Source of the DNA: a virus
Taxonomy: Duplodnaviria > Caudoviricetes
Virus record (IMG/VR): IMGVR_UViG_3300037851_001309
Location: 11,805-75,804 of that record
Length of the DNA: 64,000 bases
Reading direction: 5' to 3' (one strand)
Part shown: piece after piece, positions 36,359-47,074 of the stretch
Layout: every line of letters starts with the position of its first letter
Position numbering within the stretch: position 1 is the stretch's first letter
The notes under the pieces: generated by a model
Databases searched by the model: none
Told to the model about the DNA's origin: nothing
Seen by the model: the letters and a program-made list of their open reading frames with translations, nothing else
Position numbers and translations under genes: made by a program

Positions 36359-39300
36359 CCGTTACTCCTATTAAATCTGTTATCTGCCCAATTGTAAAGG
36401 TTTCCAGTACTGCCATTTGCCGCCCGGAAATGCTCTTCATCTATAATGTGCTGTTTAATCTGTGTCTCTCGACCATTCAAAAAGGTAATCCTAGCATCCA
36501 CGGCTGGCTTCCTCACAGAAACAAATGCGTTCCTATTAAGAAGTAATTTGCTGTCCATCGTATTATAATTCGCATAGCAAGGTCTTAATGCCGGGTATAT
36601 CGGGGCATCAGGGGGAACTGCCGTTGTTCCTATAGGTTTAAATGAGGATGGAACCGAATCATAACTGGCCGGCCCCGTAGCATTAATACCAGGAATATCA
36701 GCATTAATGGCATTTTTCATTGATCCTACTGTGGAGTATATGCTATAAGCATATAACTTGCTATCCCCTGACCAGGCTAACCCTACACCAGTTTTATCAA
36801 CGTAATAGGTGTGACTGTAAATGTTATCATTTGTAAGAGTAAATAAAGAATAAGTCTGATCATACAGAGGAGCCCCGCCACCCACTGGTGCAGTAGAATG
36901 AGCCTGAAGAACTGCAGAACTTGAAGAATCATGTGCCGGAACAGGCGTTATCGCCAGACCTGGAAGACCATCAACCTGATTTCTGATAGAGAGAATTGTT
37001 GGATACGTTGCAAAAAGCAGGGACCAAGTCGTCGTATCCTTTTTCAAATATAAAGAGGTAGCGTCAATCCAATAATCATAAGAAAGGCTCGAATCTTGAT
37101 ACATTGTAAACATCAACATGGACGTCTTATCAAAAACTACATTTGGAGACAAAGGTGCAAAAGGTTTTGGTATTATAGCATACGAAGAAGATCCATCATA
37201 TACAGAACTTCCCGATGTGGTAACCCCCGCCAATTTATTAATCGCTATTTTTAGAGAACCTACTGTGGGGTACGTGCTGTAGAGATACTCTTTACTCCTC
37301 GTAGTATCCCAATAAACAGTCATTGAAGTAGTATCTGACTGATAAGAAAATGAAGACACCCTATAATCAAGAACAAACTGAGGTGTGGAATCATTCAAAA
37401 CAAAAGTAATATTATTTGCGGAAAGACTATACTGATTGCTGACGGACGGATCCCAGCCCCCTGACCAGGTACCATCAACAGGAGTTGCCGTGTCAATATA
37501 GGTTGCAGAGGGAATATACGGGACACCATCAACAGTAGTATTCAAAAATCTCTTGTCGTTTGTACCATCAGAGTCCACATGAATAGTAAAAGTGTTCTCT
37601 CCGGATATTTGAGTGATGCCTGAACCGGAGGAAACAGGAACCCCCATTCCAGAGGAATCCTTACCAAGTATGGTCTGCTGTCCTGGTTGAATATCCAAGA
37701 TCCACTTTGCAGATGTGAGCTGACCCTCATAATTGGTTCCCAAAGATTGATCATAGGCAAGAGCAGAGGGGCAGTTCCCATAATAAGTTGTGTCGTTATT
37801 ATATGCGATCAAAGACTGAGTATATGCAGCCATGGTTGGCTCAAGGATTATCTTGCTTAAAGCAGAAATCTCCGTGCTCAATCGAGCCATCTCTGTAGTA
37901 ATCTGAACAGCTTCATCAGAAGCCATGTTCTTGATCGTAACTCCAAGAGCTATGTTTGCAGGGGTCACCCTGCCAAGAATGTTTGGAGTACCCGCAGAAA
38001 TAAGCGTAGCAAGGTTAGTGTCCTCTGTAGCCAGATCTGAAGCTTCCTGAACTGTATGCGGATATTCAGGGTCACTATCGGTGTTATTATTGTTACCGAA
38101 ATCAGAGGACCCCGCCGTAAAACCAAGTTTAGAAGTGGCTGAGCCACTTCCTACTGTAATTTTATTGTATGTCCCTTTTGTTCTTAAAACCAAAACGGAC
38201 TTATAGCAATAGGCAGAATTAATATCCTGAATCCACTCATAAGTAACCCGGGTTCTTGAAAGAGAAGCTGTAAGAAGGTTGGCTATCTGTATTCCAGTAA
38301 GATTGGAAGCACTGATAAGAGGAGGCAATGGGTCAGAAAACGTATAGGATTCTGTTACACCGTCTACAGTAACCGAGAAAACATCCCCACTAACAAGGCC
38401 AAACCCATCCGAAACCGTCCCTACGATCTTCCCACCCATATGCCCGTCATCATCATATAAAGGATACTTGGAGATCATAACAGGAGGCTTTGTCACTGCC
38501 ACAGGCCCGGAATAGGGCGTTGTCAATGTCACTTGGGAGTCACTGTTGACTGTTTGAATCTGATAATCCGTTGTTGAATCAATAGGACGGATATAATCAT
38601 TTGCCTTTAGCTGTTTAGTCCAATAGGTAGGGTAGGTACCTGTAGTGGTACAGGTTACGGTCGTTGAACTCGGGGTGAATTGAGCTAAGGCTGTAGGCAT
38701 TGTTGGCGGTCGATAAGGCCCCATGGTTCCATAGGGAATGGCCTGACCGGTCAAAGGCATTATCGTGTAGGGTGGAAAGCTCGTATAATCTGACCACGGA
38801 AACATCCTGTTCACCGACCGAGCCCCACAAGACTCATCCATCAAAGAAATTTGACCGTCGGTATTACAGAGCCTCCAACCAAAGGCGGCATACATTTCAT
38901 CACTGAAAGCCTGCACACGGCCATTGAAGAAGTCAAAAATAATATTAAAGATCCTGCACTCAATAGCCGTATCCATCCTTCGATATTCATCTCCGGTAAG
39001 ACCCCCGCTGGACTTTCCGGCATCATCATCCCCGGCAACTTCTCCGCCCTGTCCAACACTACCACTCTGCTGAATAGCTTCTTCCTTCATTCTTGGCTCA
39101 GTAACAGACTCCAAAAAGTCTCTCTGGCTCATTGCCTGGACATAAAATTGATCCAGGTTATCGAACTTAAAGGAAGCAGCAATTTTTGTTTTTGCAGGAT
39201 AGTAAGTAAAATAACTGGCTGAATATTTTACAGTGGCGTCTTCTAAAGGGTCCAACCCAAGATAATCGAAGCTGTATCTATCGTTTTTAACAAGAGGTTT

Positions 39301-42168
39301 ACTAAGAACCAAATCCCCTGCAGAAATGCTGAAATTTGTTGTATCGGTCGCGTAATATCTTAAGGCTGGAGAGATATTAATTAGGGTCGTTGAATCCTTT
39401 GTAACCACAGCATTTTGTACCGGGAGGATCTTTGAACTTGTCCAGTCAGGAGCATAAGTCTCCACGTCAATTCCAAGCCCAGAAAGAGCTTGGGCAACAT
39501 TGTAGACCGTAGGATAGGAAGAAAAAAGATAGGAGTATTGAACAGTACCAACATCCACAGCTATGGCACTACTATCTGATGTGACTGTCACCATTCCATC
39601 ATAATTCAAGGTCATTGCTGGAGTTTGTGGGTCGTCGATAATTTCCATCACTGTGCTGACAGTACTATCTCCCACATAATAAATAGGGCAATCCGAATAT
39701 TTGACTACCCCACCTGCATAATCCTGATAAGCCTGGACCCCCAGGGTTACCACCACTCTGCGGTTAGAGCTATCGTAGGATGATCCTTGGACGTAATAAT
39801 AGTCATCACCAATATTCAGAAGCTGACCCAGCCGAAAAGTTCTGGAAATATTAGAACCGGGGAAGTAAATATCCGTAGATCCACTGGCAATATTTGATGT
39901 TGCTCTGGGAGTATCCAAAAACCCTGTTATTGGGCTATCCGAAATGTAAATTACTGGATTTGTAATATCGGAGGGAATTTCCCCATATACCGTAACCGTG
40001 GTATCGAAACCATCATAAGAAGCCGATCTTATCCTAAAGAAAAAATCTCCTGCCGTCTCTACATTGGTTAGCCTTATAAAGGTATCCTTAGGAAATAGGC
40101 TTCGAACATCCCTATCAATAAAAGCAATGTAGTCCTGTCCGGCCTCAATAAAAAAGTTTATGTACTCTACAGGGGTGTATTCTACACTCTCATTTTCAAA
40201 TTTATAGTCCACTAAAATCGTATCGGTCAAATCTGTCTTAATAGATACGTTAGCCGGTGTTGGCTGAAGATGGATGAGCAATCCTCTAAGGATATAGTTT
40301 GCAATATCATAATCAAAACCCTTGGTAGCATTCCTGATTTTTAGGATAGTAAGACCGGTAGTCGGTAAATTCTGGTTACTAAGAGTAAATTCAGGAGGGG
40401 ATACATTAGTGACAGGCGTTAAGGCCTCATAGACCTTACATTGTAGCTTTTTATTCTCGTAGATTATCCCATTTTTCTTTTTTAATAATGGAGAATAACT
40501 AACAGTGATAGTATCTCCACGAACAAGAGGCTCAAAAAGAACTATCCTACCTGTTAAGTAACTTATCCTGTAATCAGACCCCTCATCAATAATAATCCCA
40601 TTTTTACTAACTATTGCTCCCTGATATTTTATCGGGTACTGATTTACCCTAAACCAAGTCATCCCAGGGGTAGTTTTAACTATTTCATCTGTTATGAACT
40701 CACCCTCTACAAGGTACTCTATAATATATTCTTCACCAGACGCGGGGTTATCTTTCGTTGCGGGTTTAAACCTCCCAGACTCAAACTCAAAAAGAACATC
40801 ATCGGCCTCATCATGCGGTATGGTTAGAGTCTGCCTTGTCCCATCAAGAGTTATCTTGATACCATATTCAAAAAGAAGTTTCTGTTCATATGCTACATAT
40901 TTGACAACTTCCTCATTAGTGTTGTGTTGAGAAGAAAACCCGAGACCACTGTCCAAATCGATAACATAGTCCTTATAAGCTGTCTGATCAACCCCACTAA
41001 AAAGGATGGTCTCAGATCCGGGCATTATACCTGATACAGGTTTTCCTGCAGAGTCTCTAAACAGGATATCACCTAAAGCTGTGTCGGCTGGATCCAGGAC
41101 TATATCCTGAACCTTCTGAAGAGGCATTACTGCTGCTATACTTCTTTGTGCAACAGGAGGAGGATATTCATAGGTAGGTATCTGCCAATATGTAAGAACA
41201 TAATCCATATTTCCGTTTGGAAACATGTCCTTGGGAGCGTCATTTATGAAAAGTTGAAAACTTTCCTCTGGATTGGGAACAACAGGAAGAGAATATTGAT
41301 ATAAAGGGTTTTCAATACTTTTTGTCAAAGTTTTATTTAAAACAAGGTTGCTATCCATCAGGTCTGGGTAAGCAACAGGATTTAAAGTTTCAGAAAACTT
41401 TAGTTCTACACCATCTCTGAGCAAATCATAATAGTTATAGGCTACGCGACCGTTCTCCGTAGTAGAATCATAAATCCACTTAAACTTGTTCTTGTCATAG
41501 GAAAAATTATTCTTTGTATACTGATAATCAAGCCGGCCGAGTCTCCAACGTTTGGCTGTATAGAAACCCGTTTTTGTATCCCCGGTATATGCTTTGGTCA
41601 ACTTTATCGATGTATCACTGACAACTGTATCAATGATAAAAAACTTTTGATAAGAATTAAGCTGTATAGAATCACCAGGAACCAAATCAGTCAACCACTG
41701 AGTCCCTGATCCGGTAACATACTCACTACCACTCACAAAAGTAGCAAGACCAGTTGTAGTATTGGTTACGATATCTGGTTCAATCAAATAATCTCTGTCA
41801 GACAACCGATAGGAAGCTGTATTAGTCCCGCTTGAACTTGGAGCCTGTTTTACCTTGACACTGGTTGGGGATATGTATTTATCAAAAGGTAAGCTATCCG
41901 ACCCCACATTTATTGTATCCCCCTCAACAAATATGGAGGCATTTAAACCAGAAAACGGGGCATTGAAAGTTATCCCAGTGACTGTGCTATCCCCACTTGT
42001 AAGAGTAGCAGAGCCAGATAAAACTGTCTTTGAAGGATTGAATTGACCCTGAACAAACAGGGTGCCTGTCGAACGAGCGTTATTAACACCCGTCTTTGCC
42101 CCTCTGATCTCAAAATTGTCCAGATCTATTGAGGCAAACGATTTAATCTGAGTAATACTATAGGGCAT
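36277..42168 (-). CDS. Very large modular baseplate/tail-associated protein (1963 aa)
   Basis: T/S/D-rich beta protein with several repeat families; located two genes downstream of the spike. Confidence 0.7.
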   Translation of the reverse strand: MPYSITQIKSFASIDLDNFEIRGAKTGVNNARSTGTLFVQGQFNPSKTVLSGSATLTSGDSTVTGITFNAPFSGLNASIFVEGDTINVGSDSLPFDKYISPTSVKVKQAPSSSGTNTASYRLSDRDYLIEPDIVTNTTTGLATFVSGSEYVTGSGTQWLTDLVPGDSIQLNSYQKFFIIDTVVSDTSIKLTKAYTGDTKTGFYTAKRWRLGRLDYQYTKNNFSYDKNKFKWIYDSTTENGRVAYNYYDLLRDGVELKFSETLNPVAYPDLMDSNLVLNKTLTKSIENPLYQYSLPVVPNPEESFQLFINDAPKDMFPNGNMDYVLTYWQIPTYEYPPPVAQRSIAAVMPLQKVQDIVLDPADTALGDILFRDSAGKPVSGIMPGSETILFSGVDQTAYKDYVIDLDSGLGFSSQHNTNEEVVKYVAYEQKLLFEYGIKITLDGTRQTLTIPHDEADDVLFEFESGRFKPATKDNPASGEEYIIEYLVEGEFITDEIVKTTPGMTWFRVNQYPIKYQGAIVSKNGIIIDEGSDYRISYLTGRIVLFEPLVRGDTITVSYSPLLKKKNGIIYENKKLQCKVYEALTPVTNVSPPEFTLSNQNLPTTGLTILKIRNATKGFDYDIANYILRGLLIHLQPTPANVSIKTDLTDTILVDYKFENESVEYTPVEYINFFIEAGQDYIAFIDRDVRSLFPKDTFIRLTNVETAGDFFFRIRSASYDGFDTTVTVYGEIPSDITNPVIYISDSPITGFLDTPRATSNIASGSTDIYFPGSNISRTFRLGQLLNIGDDYYYVQGSSYDSSNRRVVVTLGVQAYQDYAGGVVKYSDCPIYYVGDSTVSTVMEIIDDPQTPAMTLNYDGMVTVTSDSSAIAVDVGTVQYSYLFSSYPTVYNVAQALSGLGIDVETYAPDWTSSKILPVQNAVVTKDSTTLINISPALRYYATDTTNFSISAGDLVLSKPLVKNDRYSFDYLGLDPLEDATVKYSASYFTYYPAKTKIAASFKFDNLDQFYVQAMSQRDFLESVTEPRMKEEAIQQSGSVGQGGEVAGDDDAGKSSGGLTGDEYRRMDTAIECRIFNIIFDFFNGRVQAFSDEMYAAFGWRLCNTDGQISLMDESCGARSVNRMFPWSDYTSFPPYTIMPLTGQAIPYGTMGPYRPPTMPTALAQFTPSSTTVTCTTTGTYPTYWTKQLKANDYIRPIDSTTDYQIQTVNSDSQVTLTTPYSGPVAVTKPPVMISKYPLYDDDGHMGGKIVGTVSDGFGLVSGDVFSVTVDGVTESYTFSDPLPPLISASNLTGIQIANLLTASLSRTRVTYEWIQDINSAYCYKSVLVLRTKGTYNKITVGSGSATSKLGFTAGSSDFGNNNNTDSDPEYPHTVQEASDLATEDTNLATLISAGTPNILGRVTPANIALGVTIKNMASDEAVQITTEMARLSTEISALSKIILEPTMAAYTQSLIAYNNDTTYYGNCPSALAYDQSLGTNYEGQLTSAKWILDIQPGQQTILGKDSSGMGVPVSSGSGITQISGENTFTIHVDSDGTNDKRFLNTTVDGVPYIPSATYIDTATPVDGTWSGGWDPSVSNQYSLSANNITFVLNDSTPQFVLDYRVSSFSYQSDTTSMTVYWDTTRSKEYLYSTYPTVGSLKIAINKLAGVTTSGSSVYDGSSSYAIIPKPFAPLSPNVVFDKTSMLMFTMYQDSSLSYDYWIDATSLYLKKDTTTWSLLFATYPTILSIRNQVDGLPGLAITPVPAHDSSSSAVLQAHSTAPVGGGAPLYDQTYSLFTLTNDNIYSHTYYVDKTGVGLAWSGDSKLYAYSIYSTVGSMKNAINADIPGINATGPASYDSVPSSFKPIGTTAVPPDAPIYPALRPCYANYNTMDSKLLLNRNAFVSVRKPAVDARITFLNGRETQIKQHIIDEEHFRAANGSTGNLYNWADNRFNRSNGCEARLKQVEKVIEMNQASLSVSKRFL

Positions 42169-42190
42169 CCGTCATTCCTTTTTATGTTAT

Positions 42191-42802
42191 TTAGATCAGT
42201 TTCCCAAATCCAGGAGCACCCGGCACGGGTACCGGGCCTGCGGGAGGTGGGGCAGCCGCCCCAATACAGGTTGTTACTAATGTCCCTGCACTCATTATAT
42301 GTATACAAACACCAAAAGCAATTGCGCTCACGATCTGCATGGTTTTAGATCCAAAAAGTTTTGATCCAGCCAAATTTGCCATGATAAGTCCCGTCAAAAC
42401 AGTAGGTATGAGATTCAAAATTTTTCCTTGACCTGCTCCTGGGCCACCACCAACTACTGTACCTTGAGACATTGCAGTGGTTAATAAAGTATTGCATACT
42501 CCAAAAGAAACTGCATCAAAAAGTTTTTTTGTATCCTTACCAACCGTCATAGTAGAAGCGGCCTTGACCAGCATCATAGAAGACATTGCTACCGGAACAC
42601 ATCCAACAATCTTTGCCATGTAAGTACCTGCTCCGGGCCCAAGAACCACATTGGTAGACATGGCTATAGGAGCCATAGCCATATATTGGCACACAGCTTT
42701 GGATACGGCACTAACAAAGGGCATAAATTTAGAGCCGAGCATTTTTGTGCTTGCTCCCTTAGCGATCATGAGACCTGTCTGAGCAGGTGGGATAAAGGGC
42801 AT
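42191..42802 (-). CDS. Gly/Ala/Met-rich protein made of three internal repeats (203 aa), spike-adjacent
   Basis: Repeats centre on AVSKAVC / AVSFGVC / AIAFGVC, each followed by a GPG- or PPP-type turn. Confidence 0.7.
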   Translation of the reverse strand: MPFIPPAQTGLMIAKGASTKMLGSKFMPFVSAVSKAVCQYMAMAPIAMSTNVVLGPGAGTYMAKIVGCVPVAMSSMMLVKAASTMTVGKDTKKLFDAVSFGVCNTLLTTAMSQGTVVGGGPGAGQGKILNLIPTVLTGLIMANLAGSKLFGSKTMQIVSAIAFGVCIHIMSAGTLVTTCIGAAAPPPAGPVPVPGAPGFGKLI

Positions 42803-42803
42803 A

Positions 42804-44744
42804 TTACGGACCTGCCTTTACTGTAGAACAACCTTTAAGAGGGGCTCCAGTACAATAATCAAAATGTGAAGGAAGTCCCATGAGCCCTGTAACGACACTA
42901 CCAACACCTAAACCAAGAGAAACCTTTTTAGACATGACAGTGACCTTTTTGGGTGATGTTATGTTAACCCCTTTCAACCCAAGCAGGTCAATTGTACCTG
43001 CAAGAGAGGTCATCTGAACCTTACCCTTAAGAACCGTGACCAAATATTTTCCTGCTACTATAGTGGTTTTCCTATTCCCCTTAATTATCATTTCGTCAAT
43101 ATTACCTGCTGTTAGCATGGTCTTTTTATTACCGAGGGTCTTAATAGTGTCTTTGTTATCCCCTGCTATTATTTCGAGTTGCTGTCCTTGAAGAACAGTT
43201 TCTTTTCTTTTTCCAAATCTTCCTTGCATTTCCTTAATCACTACCTGGGTATAAACTCCCATCACATTTTCACTTTTATCTGAATGATACTCATAGGTAC
43301 CAGAACCACGGATGACTTCTTTTCTTAAGCCATTCACGGTAAGACTGGAATTACCTGCAACAGATTTATCATCAGCTCCACCAATAGTTACTTTCTGATT
43401 CCCCATTATGAATTCTTGTCGAGCAAACCCCTCGTCATCACTTTTTCGAACTTCAAGCCGAACACTCGATGATGCTATGATATCAATACTTCGACTTCTG
43501 TTACTTGCTGTATGGGATCCAATATTCCATTTAATCCCACCCCTTGTCGAGAGATTCCAGGAATTTCCTTCAATAGTATCCGCACCAAATACTTCTTTAA
43601 GGCTACCCTGGGCAAGAACTGACATAGATCTTCCAGAACCCGAAGGATTTGCTGATGTCGAGGAACCCATATTGAGGTAAAAATGACCCTCTTTATCAAA
43701 ACCCATAAAAGAGTCATTTTTAAGAAGATGGATAGCATAAGCCAGTCCTAACTTATTGACCTGATCCATACCATTTGTCTGAGTACATTCTACAAGATTA
43801 AATTGGCCGTCTTGATCAGCAGTATTTGAGAAGAGTGTAGGTCTAAGAATTTTCCCATATCGACTACTGGATTCCAAAGCTCCTACGTAATTCCCCATAG
43901 CCAAGGTTACGATAGGATCTCTTGAAACAAGGGCACTTTGACTGTTGATATCATTTGTATCAAGTACCCCATCGGCTAATTCAGCGGCATCAATTCTGAA
44001 CTCAGAGTAAAACTGGGAATTCTCATCTATCGGGGCCCCAAGAGGAACCATGTAAATTGTATTTCTTCCATCGGGGCCAGTAACTTCCCGAGAAAGAGCA
44101 TTAATAATTCGGTTGCCATCAGCATCAAATATCGGGATTTTATTCCTGATAACTTGACCTGCACACATTGCAACACCATCACTGAATTGAAAATTATTCA
44201 AAGAAGTCATGATGATGGATTGGTCAGAAGAACGTATCTGAAAAGTATCCCTCATTGAATCTTTTATCTCAATATCTGAATTAACAAAAATCTGTCCTCC
44301 CCAAAGAGAGGACATTATGACATCCCCTTTTTGGAGTTTCCTAAATTTCAAAAAGACTATATTTTCTTCATCAGTCGGAAGAGTATCCGGCATTAATTTG
44401 ATTGCTTTATGGTCTATAGCCGCCTGTAGGCTTACAGGCACCCATGCTAAACAGGCCGGTGTACCTGTACCAGTACCCTCATTCATGTACCCAAAAATTC
44501 CAAGGGCACCTATTTCTGGAACGGTCCCTATACAACTGGCTGGACCAACGTAAGGGAAAGATATGGGGATCCATGCAGGTGAGCCACCTCCAGTAACCCA
44601 CTCTATCTTAAAACGATATTTCTCGTAATCAACTTCTACCACCCTTCCTATACGGAGAAAGAAATACCTATTAAATTTGTTTGCCCCAGCATACTGCTCA
44701 AAAACAGCTGCTGGTTTTTCTCCTTTTCCATAAATTCTTGCCAT
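42804..44744 (-). CDS. Central baseplate spike (gp5/gpV/VgrG class): OB-fold plus beta-helix
   Basis: N-terminal IGRVVEVDYEKYRFKIEW...WIP...VPEIGALGIFG (OB fold). C-terminal short beta repeats (GNQKVTIG, GNSSLTVN, GNKKTMLT, GNRKTTIV). No lysozyme motif seen. Confidence 0.82.
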   Translation of the reverse strand: MARIYGKGEKPAAVFEQYAGANKFNRYFFLRIGRVVEVDYEKYRFKIEWVTGGGSPAWIPISFPYVGPASCIGTVPEIGALGIFGYMNEGTGTGTPACLAWVPVSLQAAIDHKAIKLMPDTLPTDEENIVFLKFRKLQKGDVIMSSLWGGQIFVNSDIEIKDSMRDTFQIRSSDQSIIMTSLNNFQFSDGVAMCAGQVIRNKIPIFDADGNRIINALSREVTGPDGRNTIYMVPLGAPIDENSQFYSEFRIDAAELADGVLDTNDINSQSALVSRDPIVTLAMGNYVGALESSSRYGKILRPTLFSNTADQDGQFNLVECTQTNGMDQVNKLGLAYAIHLLKNDSFMGFDKEGHFYLNMGSSTSANPSGSGRSMSVLAQGSLKEVFGADTIEGNSWNLSTRGGIKWNIGSHTASNRSRSIDIIASSSVRLEVRKSDDEGFARQEFIMGNQKVTIGGADDKSVAGNSSLTVNGLRKEVIRGSGTYEYHSDKSENVMGVYTQVVIKEMQGRFGKRKETVLQGQQLEIIAGDNKDTIKTLGNKKTMLTAGNIDEMIIKGNRKTTIVAGKYLVTVLKGKVQMTSLAGTIDLLGLKGVNITSPKKVTVMSKKVSLGLGVGSVVTGLMGLPSHFDYCTGAPLKGCSTVKAGP

Positions 44745-44753
44745 ATGTTTGAC

Positions 44754-47066
44754 CTACTCTTTTACAGGAGGTAAAAGTTTACTATCTGAATCTCTATTTG
44801 CCCCTCCTGGGATCATGCTGATTAACATATTCGCTACATTAGGAGGACTTTGAGGAGGCACTGTGACATCATCAGAAAACTTAAAATAAGGAACAACGGC
44901 TGCCTCTATTCCCAATTGATTGTTGGTTGCAAAATACGCTGCCATGGAATTTCCCTCTTCCGTAGCCATTGTTACAATATTTGTTGCAACATTTTCTTCT
45001 ACTAGAAGAGAGGGGTCGTAAGCTTGATCAAGAAATATCTCGTTTGATTCCACCACCTTCCCTGGTCTGACAGAAATACCTCTCCCATATCTAAAGGCTC
45101 CTATAACTCTATAACCCCATTCATCTGTATAGGGGATAGTTTCATCCGTTATAGACTGCTGTTTACTGTCTGTGCTTGTTACAAGTTCATACCTTCCCGG
45201 AATAAGCGAGCTAGTCATCCCCTTTTCTCTTAGTAAATCTTCCAAAGCAAATTTGGGGTCTTTTCCATCATACTCGAAAGTTTTCTCCTTAATTTCCGGC
45301 GATTTAACAGGTACCTTCTTTCCTTGTTTAAAAGAAGCCTCTTCAGCCTTTATCTCTGCTTTTCTTTGCTCATTGATTTTATACTGATTATATTCATTTT
45401 GTTGTTTAAGAACCTTCTCTATATCAGATATCTTTCTCTTAAGTTCTGCATCTTCTTGAGACTCTATAACATATTTATAAACCATATTTTTCTGTATTGT
45501 ATCATTAGAATATACCCGGATTCTTTCAGCCTCTAAAGATAAAGTAGTAGAAAAAGAACCCCCATAATCAAATGCATGATTTATTGACTTAACATAATAG
45601 AAAGCATCTTTATGTGTCACATAAACAGGATACCCTAAACGAAGCTCAGGCCTACCCGGTATTGTTACTGACCCCGTATAGGCTTTTGCGTTTATGAGGC
45701 CCATCTCACCAACTGAATAGGATTGTGCGAGAGCGGACTCGGAAAGCCACCAGGAGTCGATTTTTTTGTGCCTATACCCATACTTCATAACTAAATCTGT
45801 ATCGACATGGTACCCAACTATATTGATCCAACTTGTGTCTCTGATATTTTGCTGAGGACTTACATGAACTTCTAAAGCTGTTATTATTTCCTCAGAATTT
45901 ATAGCAGAAGAGAAACTTATAATATCCTGGGGTTTAATATTGTATGCGGTAAGAGATTGAGTATTCAAATTAAAAAACGGGGGCTTAAATATAAAATTTC
46001 CGGTCACATCCTGAAAAAACTCATATTGTATTCTATTCTTAAGCTCCGTGGCTATCTCAAGTTTTGTTTTGTATTCTGCTTGATCCAGGCTCTTCATCTG
46101 ATCAAATTCATGAAATACCTGAAATTTTCCAACTATTTTATCAAGCATATCAAAGGGTTCATCTACACCGGTATTTGTAGCTAGTTGAGATTTTTCAAAA
46201 CCCTGATCTTCGGGAATTGGCTTGTTGACTGGATCATAAGTCACAGCCATGTTAGGATGTTCAATAAGTCTACCCGCCGCACCATACATCCTTAGTAGAT
46301 TATTTCCATAAAGCCCCGCAAACCTCTCGTTCCAATATTTAAAAGATTTTTCATAAATATCAACAATCCGTGGGTCTGGATTTTGTGTCTTAGAATTAGG
46401 GGTAAGTTTACCTAACCAAGCAGGGGTGATGAAATTTTCTATACCCATTTCTTTACACAAAGAATACATGATTTCAAAGGGGTTTGCCATCTCATATCGG
46501 GAACCAAAGGCTGTTAGCCCCTGAACATGTTTCGCAAAAATGTTCGATTCTACAGAAGGTCGGAATGCTACCTGTATATATTGCCACCAGTGAAGCATGT
46601 CTGCACACTGCAACTGAGTTTTATACAAACCATTAGAATAGCTTTCTTCTACATTAGTCACAAAACCCCAGAAAGCAGAATAATAACGGGGGTTCTTACC
46701 AACCAAAAATCTTCCTTTAAAATAAATTTGCACTTCCATCATTGGAGTAAAAACGGATTTTAATATAGATTGCCCAGTGCCATCTTTATAAGCTCTCCAA
46801 TAGGAAGATTTCTCGTTATATATAGGTGTTGCTATCTCTATTGTTGCAGTAGATGATCCGGGAGGGTCAACATTATTTTGAATATTTATAGAACTAATAC
46901 CATCTCCGAAATCGGTTTTTCCAGTACTTCCTGTAATTGGGGCAACAAAGGAACTTCCTGTAGTCCCGTTTAAATAAACGAGAGCATCCGGAGCAAGTTT
47001 AATTACTCCTCTGCCTTTAAACTCAGAAGTCGAAAAAAGACCAGTATCGCTATCGTAACGTCCCAT
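44754..47066 (-). CDS. Baseplate hub protein (gp27/gpD/gp44 class)
   Basis: MMEVQIYFKGR...FWGFVTNVEESY...LQCADML; YEFFQDVTGNFIFKPP; YTGSVTIPGRPELRLGYPVY...YYVKSINHAF...FSTTLSL. Confidence 0.82.
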   Translation of the reverse strand: MGRYDSDTGLFSTSEFKGRGVIKLAPDALVYLNGTTGSSFVAPITGSTGKTDFGDGISSINIQNNVDPPGSSTATIEIATPIYNEKSSYWRAYKDGTGQSILKSVFTPMMEVQIYFKGRFLVGKNPRYYSAFWGFVTNVEESYSNGLYKTQLQCADMLHWWQYIQVAFRPSVESNIFAKHVQGLTAFGSRYEMANPFEIMYSLCKEMGIENFITPAWLGKLTPNSKTQNPDPRIVDIYEKSFKYWNERFAGLYGNNLLRMYGAAGRLIEHPNMAVTYDPVNKPIPEDQGFEKSQLATNTGVDEPFDMLDKIVGKFQVFHEFDQMKSLDQAEYKTKLEIATELKNRIQYEFFQDVTGNFIFKPPFFNLNTQSLTAYNIKPQDIISFSSAINSEEIITALEVHVSPQQNIRDTSWINIVGYHVDTDLVMKYGYRHKKIDSWWLSESALAQSYSVGEMGLINAKAYTGSVTIPGRPELRLGYPVYVTHKDAFYYVKSINHAFDYGGSFSTTLSLEAERIRVYSNDTIQKNMVYKYVIESQEDAELKRKISDIEKVLKQQNEYNQYKINEQRKAEIKAEEASFKQGKKVPVKSPEIKEKTFEYDGKDPKFALEDLLREKGMTSSLIPGRYELVTSTDSKQQSITDETIPYTDEWGYRVIGAFRYGRGISVRPGKVVESNEIFLDQAYDPSLLVEENVATNIVTMATEEGNSMAAYFATNNQLGIEAAVVPYFKFSDDVTVPPQSPPNVANMLISMIPGGANRDSDSKLLPPVKE

Positions 47067-47074
47067 AATTTATC

